NCBI GenBank assembly: GCA_963422375.2
Contig: OY729428.2
Location: forward strand, 2,400,001 to 2,464,000
Direction: 5' to 3'
Origin: Bryobacterales bacterium
GTDB taxonomy: Bacteria; Acidobacteriota; Terriglobia; Bryobacterales; UBA6623
Length of the DNA: 64,000 nucleotides
Below the pieces are notes generated by a model. That model worked only from the letters and a program-made list of their open reading frames with translations, was not told the DNA's origin and ran no database searches. Positions 56,998 through 64,000 of this stretch are shown piece after piece; position 1 is the first letter of the stretch; each line of letters begins with the position of its first letter. The position numbers were made by a program, and so were the translations under genes.

Positions 56998-57697
56998 GCA
57001 GGACGCTCCCCGCGGCGTGCAGGGCCCAGTCGGGCTCGCCGCCCTCGCTGTCGGCGCGGCCCTCGAGCAGGAAGCACAGGTCCTCGTCGATGCCCCTGAC
57101 CGCGGGCGCGTAGCCCCAGCGCAGGCGCTCGGGCCAGACCGCGGCCGCGCCGATCTCGGGGGCCAGGCAGGTCTCCAGGTCCGGCACGTAGAGCGTCCCG
57201 AGGGGCGGCAGCGCCGGCTCGGGCGCCGGGCGCTGGGTGAGGAAGACGCACCAGCGGCGGCCTTCCCCGTCGGGCTCCGGGCGCGAGTCCGCGGCGGGAA
57301 CGCCGCCGATCAGGCCCCGCAAGCGCGTGCCGGCCGGCTTGAGACGGGCGCCCGCCAGGTCCCGGCGCAGCAGGTCGACGAACGCGCCGACGCGGGCGAA
57401 GTCCGGTCGCCCCAGGCACAGCCGGCGGAAGTCCGACCCGTCGTAGCCGCGATCGATCGGCCCGGGCAGGTCCGCCGCCATCGCCCGGCAGGCGTTGGTC
57501 AGCTCCAGCGCCTCGAGCTCGGCGACCATCCCGCGGACGATCTCGAAGCGCCGGTGACGCTCCGGCACGGCGTCCCGGCCGGGCTCGCCGGCGCGGTAGG
57601 CGCCCCGCAGCCACTTCCGCAGTTCGCCCCAGCGCCGCTCTCGCTCGCGCCGCTCGCGGGCCGTCTCGCGCTTGCCCGCGTCTCTCTCGCGGCTCAT
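56990..57697 (-). CDS. Hypothetical protein
   Basis: GAGGAGG RBS; ATGA overlap with the primase stop (MSRERDAG). Confidence 0.7.
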   Translation of the reverse strand: MSRERDAGKRETARERRERERRWGELRKWLRGAYRAGEPGRDAVPERHRRFEIVRGMVAELEALELTNACRAMAADLPGPIDRGYDGSDFRRLCLGRPDFARVGAFVDLLRRDLAGARLKPAGTRLRGLIGGVPAADSRPEPDGEGRRWCVFLTQRPAPEPALPPLGTLYVPDLETCLAPEIGAAAVWPERLRWGYAPAVRGIDEDLCFLLEGRADSEGGEPDWALHAAGSVLLA

Positions 57698-60192
57698 ATG
57701 TCCTCCTCGTCCGGGCGCCCCTCCGGGCGCAGCTCGATGCCGTGCTTGCGGCAGGATTCCTCGGGGACGGACACGGCTCGCAGGCGCAGCTGGCCGAACC
57801 GAACGGGCGGGCCTTTGTAGGAAGCCCCGTCGAGCTGCAGCAGCAGGCGCCTGACCTGGACGCCGCGCAGGTCGCCGCGCCGCAGCAGGCGGGCCAGGCC
57901 GGGGTGGCCGGGGGCGACCTGCAGGGCGTCCCCTTCCGCGGACATGCGCACGCCGTGGTCGGCGGCCTCGCGGATCTTGTCCCGGTGCTCCGACAGGGCG
58001 AGGCTCAGCACGGGCAGCTCGGCGCCGCCGGAGCTGCGCACGGTGGAGGTGACGATCTCGCGCAGGGCCTCGCCGGCGTCGGCGGAGGCCCGCGGCTGCA
58101 TGACGGTCTCGAGATCGGGCGCGACCCACTCGTCGGTGCCGGACCACCACTGCCAGCCGGCGGTGAGAGCGCCGGCGATCGCGGACGGCCGCGAGCCGAA
58201 CGCGGTCGTGGCCATCTCGTCGGCGATCGCGCCGGCCTTCTCGGCGATCTCGCGCCCGTCGCGGACGACGGCCGCCAGCGCCGCCCGGCCCTTGCCGCCC
58301 GCGAGGGAACCCTCGATGCCCTGCCGCACGGCGGGCCAGTCGCTCACCCCCTGCTCGGCCAGGTAGGCGAACTCGAAGCGGCTCTGGTCGGCGGCCCGCA
58401 GCCGGGGGACGCGCGTCGAGCTCATCAGCAGGGAGAAGCGCGGTTGCATGACCTGCACCGAATCGGCCTGGTCGGCGCGGATGCGCTCGCCGTCGGCTCC
58501 CGCGGAGATGCGGGCGATGTCGAGAATCCCGGGCATCCACGAGCGGTCGGGCTCGGCCTCGTCCACGAGCACGGGCAGGGAGTCGGAGCGCATCCGCCGG
58601 GCCATCGCCGCGGGCGTGGGGTCGGCCACGCGCACGCACATGCCCCCGAGCACGCGCTGGGCGACTTCCTTGAGCAGCCAGCTCTTGCCGCTGTCCGCCG
58701 CGGCCGGGAGCCACAGGTGGGCGCGCCAGCGCAGGGCCCCGCCGACCGCCGAGGCCGCCAGCCAGCCGAGGAAGCGCTTGGCGTCCACTTCCTTGCGCCA
58801 GCGGTAGCGCAGGACCGCGTCGGCCACGCGCTTGCGGTCGTCGGGCGAGGCGGCGGCCCGCAGGTCGCAGTCGATGCGGGGCCCTGCCAGGTAGATCTCG
58901 GGCCCGCCCAGCTCGCCCAGGCCGCGCTCGCGGCCGTCGCAGAGCAGGCGATCGCCCAGGTGCCACACGTAGCGGCCTTCCTCGGTGCGCCCGAAGCCGC
59001 GCCCGAAGACCTTGCCGAAGTCCACCTGGCCCTTGCGGTCGGCGGCGCGGATCAGGGCCGAGCCGACGGGCTGGCACGCGCCGGGCGTGAGCGTGTTCGC
59101 GTGCAGCATGGCGGCCCACCACTGGTAGTCCGCCAGCGAGATGAGGCAGGCCGGGGAGAGCAGCTGCGAGCGCGCCACGTGCAGGACGCGATGGCTGGAC
59201 AGGCGCACCGCGATCGCGTCCCCGGCGTTGCCCAGGATCTCGAAATGCTCGTTGCGGTCGATGCCCGCGGGCGGCTCGGGCGGCGGCTCCTCGGCCGCCT
59301 TCCCGGCCGCCTTCCCGCGCGCGGGGGGCTGCCAGGGCGCGGCCAGCGACTTGAGCCAGGCGGCGGCCCGCGGCGGCCCGCCCGCCTCGATCTCGTCGGC
59401 GATGTCGCGCCCGTCCGAGCCCTCGGGCAGGACGGCGCGGATGTCGGGGCAGCCGAGCGAGCGCAGGCGCTCGGCGAGCTCGCCCATGCACTTGCGGCCG
59501 GGCTCGTCGGCGTCGGCCACGAGCGTGACCGGGCGGCCGCGCAGCGGCTCCCAGTCGGTCCTCTTCCAGGCCTTGGTGCCTCCGGCCCAGGCGACGACCG
59601 CCACGCGGGGGAAGGCGCCCGCCACCGCGTCGGCGCATTTCTCGCCCTCGACGACCATCACGCGGCGCTGGGGCGGGGCCGCGGCCAGCTCGCGCAAGCG
59701 GTACAGGGGCCGCTTCTCGCTGACCGCGAGCTGCCGCAGCCAGCCGTCGCGCCCGTCGGAATCGCGCTTGCCGGGCGAGAACGGCAGGCACTTGGGGCGC
59801 TTGCCGCCCGGGGCGAAGCGGCAGATCACGAAGGCCGGGCGGGCGGCGCCCGGAACCCAGTACTCGTGCCGGGCCGCGGCGTCCCGCGGCAGCTCCGAGA
59901 CCCAGCCCGGCCGTGACGGCTCGGGGCCGGCCGCGGGTCCCGGCGGGGCCTCCCGGTCGGGCTTGAGCCGTTGCAGGGCCTCGCGCTTCGAAAGGCCGCG
60001 GCGCCGCTCGAGCCACGTCACGGCGTCGCCCTTCGCGCCGCAGCCGTGGCACTGGTAGAGCCCCTTGTCGACATTCACCGACAGGCTCGGCGTCTTGTCC
60101 TCGTGGAAGGGGCAGAGGGCGGACCGCTGCGACCCGCCGCCGCGCAGGCGCACTCCGTCCTCCGCCATCAGGGCGGACAGGGTCGCCGTCAC
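57694..60192 (-). CDS. Primase-helicase (CHC2 Zn finger + TOPRIM + P-loop)
   Basis: CPFHEDKTPS..CHGC; VEGEK, DADEPG; SGKS and LVDEAE; GTGA overlap start. Confidence 0.9.
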   Translation of the reverse strand: MTATLSALMAEDGVRLRGGGSQRSALCPFHEDKTPSLSVNVDKGLYQCHGCGAKGDAVTWLERRRGLSKREALQRLKPDREAPPGPAAGPEPSRPGWVSELPRDAAARHEYWVPGAARPAFVICRFAPGGKRPKCLPFSPGKRDSDGRDGWLRQLAVSEKRPLYRLRELAAAPPQRRVMVVEGEKCADAVAGAFPRVAVVAWAGGTKAWKRTDWEPLRGRPVTLVADADEPGRKCMGELAERLRSLGCPDIRAVLPEGSDGRDIADEIEAGGPPRAAAWLKSLAAPWQPPARGKAAGKAAEEPPPEPPAGIDRNEHFEILGNAGDAIAVRLSSHRVLHVARSQLLSPACLISLADYQWWAAMLHANTLTPGACQPVGSALIRAADRKGQVDFGKVFGRGFGRTEEGRYVWHLGDRLLCDGRERGLGELGGPEIYLAGPRIDCDLRAAASPDDRKRVADAVLRYRWRKEVDAKRFLGWLAASAVGGALRWRAHLWLPAAADSGKSWLLKEVAQRVLGGMCVRVADPTPAAMARRMRSDSLPVLVDEAEPDRSWMPGILDIARISAGADGERIRADQADSVQVMQPRFSLLMSSTRVPRLRAADQSRFEFAYLAEQGVSDWPAVRQGIEGSLAGGKGRAALAAVVRDGREIAEKAGAIADEMATTAFGSRPSAIAGALTAGWQWWSGTDEWVAPDLETVMQPRASADAGEALREIVTSTVRSSGGAELPVLSLALSEHRDKIREAADHGVRMSAEGDALQVAPGHPGLARLLRRGDLRGVQVRRLLLQLDGASYKGPPVRFGQLRLRAVSVPEESCRKHGIELRPEGRPDEEDI

Positions 60193-61622
60193 CGGACGCC
60201 GATCGCCTCCGCCATGCGATAGGCCCAGGCGTCCTTGTAGCCCCGCTCCGCGGCGATCCCCAGCAGCCCTTCCAGCGGGTCGGCCAAGGGATGCTCGGGG
60301 TTGCGCGCGTCGGCCATGACCCGGGCGATCTCCTCGCGCAGGCGGGCGCGGCTGGCGCGCCGGCGGCGGGACGGCGCCTGCCCGGGCCGCGCCTCGCGCA
60401 GTTCGGTTTCGACCTCGATGGGCCGGGCGGGCACGCACGCCTCGCCGCAGGACGGGCAGGCGTCCAGCCGGGACGCGAAGACGCAGGCGCAGGACGGGCA
60501 GCATTTCTGCCTGCGGCCCGCGCTCGCGCGCCCGCCGTCGGTCTCGCCCTGGGCCTTGCCGGCCAGGTCCCACGAGCGCTTCTCGTCGGGCAGGCCGAGC
60601 CGCTGCACGTTGCCCGCGAGGTCCAGCAGCAGGGCGGTCTTGCCCTCGCGGTAGCGCATGGCCCGGCCGGCCTGCTGCAGGTACAGCGTGACGGACTGGG
60701 TGGGGCGTCCCATCAGCACCGCGTCGCAGGCCGGGCAGTCGAAGCCCTCGGAGATCAGGTCGACGTTGCAGACGACCCGCACCGAGCCCTCGGCCAGCTC
60801 GGCCATCGCGCGGTCCCGCCGGCGGGGATCGGTGCGGGCGTCGACGTGCTCGGCGCGCACCCCCGCGGCCGCGAGCGCGGCGGCGACCGAGCGCGAGTGC
60901 GGCACGTTGACGCCGAAGAACACGGCGCGCAGCCCCGCGGCGTAGGCGCGGTAGGCCGCGGCGGCGTCGGCCACCACCTTGGCCGTCACCTTCTCTCCCA
61001 GCTGCTTGCGGCTGTAGTCGCCGGCGGTCTTGCGCACGCCCTCGGCGGACATGCCGGCGTGCGGGTTGTAGTACACGCGCATGGGCGCCAGGCGCTTGAG
61101 CGCGACGAGCTCGGCGATGCTGGGCCCCTGCACCAGGCGGTCGAAGTGATCCCCGAGGGGCTTGCCGTCGAGCCGTCCGGGCGTGGCGGTGAGCCCCAGC
61201 ACGCGCGAGTCCGGATAGCGCGCCATGACCTTCTCCCAGGTGCGGGCCTTGGCGTGGTGGGCCTCGTCCACGATCACGAAGTCGGGCTTGTGCGCGGGGC
61301 GCGCGGCGCGGCGGGCGAGGGACTGGACCGAGGCGACCTGGAAGCGCGCCCACGGCGTCTCGGCCCGGCCGGCGGCGATCACGCCGAACTCGCCCGCCAG
61401 GCCGGCCTTGCCGAGCGTGTCGCAGAACTGGCGGACCAGCTCGCGCCGGTGGACCAGCACCAGCGCCCGCCTGCCGTTGCGCGCCAGGCCGCTGGCGATA
61501 TGCCCCGCGACCACGGTCTTGCCGCCGCCCGTGGGCAGCTGGTAGACCACCGAGCGCGTGCCGGAGGCGAAGGCCTGGCGCAGGCGGTGCACGTCCCGCC
61601 GCTGGTAGTCGTAGAGTTCCAC
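60189..61622 (-). CDS. SF2 DEAD/DEAH helicase
   Basis: PTGGGKT, DEAHH, TATP, EGFD, QQAGRAMR, C-terminal Zn ribbon. Confidence 0.95.
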   Translation of the reverse strand: MELYDYQRRDVHRLRQAFASGTRSVVYQLPTGGGKTVVAGHIASGLARNGRRALVLVHRRELVRQFCDTLGKAGLAGEFGVIAAGRAETPWARFQVASVQSLARRAARPAHKPDFVIVDEAHHAKARTWEKVMARYPDSRVLGLTATPGRLDGKPLGDHFDRLVQGPSIAELVALKRLAPMRVYYNPHAGMSAEGVRKTAGDYSRKQLGEKVTAKVVADAAAAYRAYAAGLRAVFFGVNVPHSRSVAAALAAAGVRAEHVDARTDPRRRDRAMAELAEGSVRVVCNVDLISEGFDCPACDAVLMGRPTQSVTLYLQQAGRAMRYREGKTALLLDLAGNVQRLGLPDEKRSWDLAGKAQGETDGGRASAGRRQKCCPSCACVFASRLDACPSCGEACVPARPIEVETELREARPGQAPSRRRRASRARLREEIARVMADARNPEHPLADPLEGLLGIAAERGYKDAWAYRMAEAIGVR

Positions 61623-61640
61623 CCTCCGGACCCCCTCCCT

Positions 61641-63383
61641 CTAGCCCCCCGCCGTGACGGCGGCCCAGTGCTCGGGGAAGAGGCCCTGCTCGCCCGTGGC
61701 GCAGACGACAGTGCCGAGGCCGCGGGTCTCGGAGAGGAAGTCGCACAGCCCGAACAGCTGCAGCCGTCCTGTCTCGTCGAGCACGTCGGCGCCGTCGAGG
61801 ATCGCGATGCCGTCGCCCAGGGTCAGGGCGACGGCGAGGATCAGGGACGCCTGGGCGCGCCACTGCTCCGACGTGGAGCACAGCTGCGTCGCGCGGCCGT
61901 CGAAGGAGGCCGCGTAGGTCGCGTCCAGCCGGGTTGGCGGCCAGCCGGCGCGGTCGCGCACCGCCTTCAGGTTGGCGGCCAGCTTGCCGAGCCCCTCTTT
62001 CATGGCCCGGGCGCGGATGCCGCGGGGCCCGAGGGTGTCGGCGACGTGAGCGTAGGCGTCCACCGAGCGGCGGGCGTCGGCGGCGTCGGCGGCCTGCGCC
62101 ACGAGCTCCTTGTCGCGGATGCGGTCCTGCACCCGCTGCTCGGCCGCGGCGGCCCGCTCGTCGTCGCCCTCGCCCCGCACGGGCGAGCGGGCCTCGCGGG
62201 CGGTGAGTTCGACGGAGCGGATCTCGGCCGCCAGCTCGGCCCGCTCGACCTTGATGCCCTCCGCCGTGCCCGCCACGGGGCGCAAGCGCCCCTGCACGGT
62301 CACGGCCTTGGCCCGCAGCGCGTGCAGCTGGTCGTCCATGCCCTTGAGGCGGGCCTCCCAGCGCGACTCGCGCCGGGCGAAGTCCCTGTCCGTCTCGGCC
62401 TTGAGCAGGGTGCGCCGGGCGCTGTCCCAGACGACCCGCTGCCCGCAGTGGGGGCAGCTGCGGCCGTCGTCGCGGCGGGGCCTGTCGGCGTCGTGCAGGT
62501 CGCGCCGGGAGCGCAGCTGCTTGCCCTCCGACCGCACGCCTTCGAGCTCCTTGCGGATCGCCCGCTCGGCTCGCTCGGCCTTGCGCAGGCGCTCGTCGAC
62601 CGGCCCGAGCCGCTCCTGCAGGGCGGGCAGCCGCTCGGCCGCGGCGCGGGCGGCCGCGGCCTGGGAGGCGCTGACGGCCCGGGCGACGTGGATGGCCTGC
62701 TGCGCCTCGCGGGCGTCCTGCAGGGCCTGCTCGGCCTCCAGGCGGGTCACGCCGTCCAGCTCCGCGCGCCAGCCGACGGGCTTCCAGGCGGGCGCCTTGC
62801 GCTTGCCGTAGGGCTCGCCCGCGATGGCGGCCCACACGCGCTTGGCCTCGACGGCCTTGCGCTTGTAGACGCCCTCGACGGCTTCCCAGCCCTGCTCGCG
62901 CAGGGTCTCCATGACGTCGTCGACCATGCGCGGGTTGGGCAGGGTCTCGCGCAGGGACTCGGCCATGAGATCCTGCAGCGTTTCCGGGGCGGGCAGGAAG
63001 ATCGCCTCCCAGTTCTCCGTGCGGGTCCGGGGCGTCTGCCGGCCGACGAAGTCGACCAGCCCCACGCTCGCGGCCGCGGCCTGGGCGGGGGCCTGCGCGG
63101 TGACGCGCAGGCCCTTCTCGGCCAGGATCCACTGGATGACCGGCTCGGGCCCCTCGTGCAGGGCCGCCTCGCCGTAGTCGGCTCCCTCGCGCATGTAGGA
63201 CTTGGTGACTCCCAGGCGCAAGGGGTTGGGGTCGCGGGCCAGCAGGGCCGCGAGGGCGGCCGCGATGGACGACTTGCCCGCCGCGTTGGGCCCGATGATC
63301 CCGATGGGCTTCGAGCCCGGCAGCGCGATGTCCGCGGAGGACACGCCGAGCACGTTGTTGACGGTCAGTCGCATCAGTCGCAT
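61641..63383 (-). CDS. SMC/Rad50-like ATPase
   Basis: GPNAAGKSS, coiled coil with CPHC hook, CSTSEQWR signature, ILDGADVLD. Confidence 0.88.
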   Translation of the reverse strand: MRLMRLTVNNVLGVSSADIALPGSKPIGIIGPNAAGKSSIAAALAALLARDPNPLRLGVTKSYMREGADYGEAALHEGPEPVIQWILAEKGLRVTAQAPAQAAAASVGLVDFVGRQTPRTRTENWEAIFLPAPETLQDLMAESLRETLPNPRMVDDVMETLREQGWEAVEGVYKRKAVEAKRVWAAIAGEPYGKRKAPAWKPVGWRAELDGVTRLEAEQALQDAREAQQAIHVARAVSASQAAAARAAAERLPALQERLGPVDERLRKAERAERAIRKELEGVRSEGKQLRSRRDLHDADRPRRDDGRSCPHCGQRVVWDSARRTLLKAETDRDFARRESRWEARLKGMDDQLHALRAKAVTVQGRLRPVAGTAEGIKVERAELAAEIRSVELTAREARSPVRGEGDDERAAAAEQRVQDRIRDKELVAQAADAADARRSVDAYAHVADTLGPRGIRARAMKEGLGKLAANLKAVRDRAGWPPTRLDATYAASFDGRATQLCSTSEQWRAQASLILAVALTLGDGIAILDGADVLDETGRLQLFGLCDFLSETRGLGTVVCATGEQGLFPEHWAAVTAGG

Positions 63384-64000
63384 CAGAACCCGGCCTCCTC
63401 CATGAGCTGCTGGGCGTCCTCGGGGGCCGGGGGCTCCTCGCCCTGCCACGGCTGGCCGTCGCCGTAGGCGCGGGGCTCGGCCCGGGCGGCTTGCTGCGGC
63501 TGGGGGTCCGCGGCCTGCGGCGCGGGCGCGGCCGGAGGCTGGGTCTGGACCTGCCCGGCCTGCGGCGCGGGCTGCTGCTGCACCGTCGGCTGCTGCTGGA
63601 CGGGAGCCGGCTGAGTCTGGACGGGAGCGCCGCCTTCCGCCGCGGCGGGATCGTCTTCGGCGCCGAGCTCCTCGGGGGGCTCGAAGTCCTCCATGAAGCT
63701 GCGACGCATGCCGCGGACGGGCAGGCGCTTGAGTAGCAGCCGGAGGACGGCTTTCTCGGCCATTTCGCCGAAGTGGTGGGCCCAGGGCCCGTGCGCTCCG
63801 GACGGCGACATGGCCCGCCGCCGCTCGATTTCGGGGCGGAACAGGACTTCGACCTCGGGCGGAGGTCCGGGCATCCCCGCGGCAGGCGGCACGTGCGCCA
63901 CGGCGTAGACGGCGATGATCTTCTCGGGCGAGCGATCGGCGGAGGGGCTCGGCACGTGCCGCAGCTCCAAATCTATGCCGTCGACGTATTCGAATACGTC
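63383..64000 (-). CDS. recT: RecT-like recombinase, C-terminal part (truncated by window)
   Basis: AVYAVA, GPW..HF.EMAEKAVLR.L.K.LP. Confidence 0.85.
   Translation of the reverse strand, partial: DVFEYVDGIDLELRHVPSPSADRSPEKIIAVYAVAHVPPAAGMPGPPPEVEVLFRPEIERRRAMSPSGAHGPWAHHFGEMAEKAVLRLLLKRLPVRGMRRSFMEDFEPPEELGAEDDPAAAEGGAPVQTQPAPVQQQPTVQQQPAPQAGQVQTQPPAAPAPQAADPQPQQAARAEPRAYGDGQPWQGEEPPAPEDAQQLMEEAGF

Larger units (their letters stand above)
5602..64000. mobile_element. Prophage (podovirus-like, N4-gp56-type capsid) integrated at tRNA-Pro; right end outside window
   Basis: att fragment plus integrase, repressor, capsid, portal, terminase, lysis and replication genes in coherent modules. Confidence 0.95.

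Overview
Very GC-rich bacterial DNA; gene content suggests an Acidobacteria/Bryobacterales-like host (inference). Bases 1-5.6 kb are host: an IS1595-type remnant, a secreted repeat protein, a TRAP transporter (dctPQM) and an HpcH/HpaI aldolase. From a 3' tRNA-Pro(CGG) fragment (att core, 5602-5651) to beyond the right edge lies a podovirus-like prophage. It carries an integrase and immunity module, tail and Ig-repeat genes, an N4-gp56-type capsid, a scaffold, a 5185-aa DarB-like polyvalent protein, ejection proteins, lysis genes, a portal, a split TerL, an AT-rich palindrome, TerS, a + strand accessory block (47.7-54.2 kb), a C5 methyltransferase, a DHH phosphoesterase, VRR-NUC, primase, helicase, an SMC-like ATPase and RecT. 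The accessory block is the most unusual part. (i) Five copies of a Cys/His micro-domain each encode a bulged hairpin with compensatory changes, in mosaic genes around an intact Cre-like recombinase: a candidate gene-shuffling system with sites inside coding sequence. (ii) A Csx16-like candidate ring nuclease / anti-CRISPR. (iii) Four tandem low-GC paralogs. (iv) Repeated strong promoters sharing an operator-like motif. All assignments come from reading motifs by eye; no searches were run.
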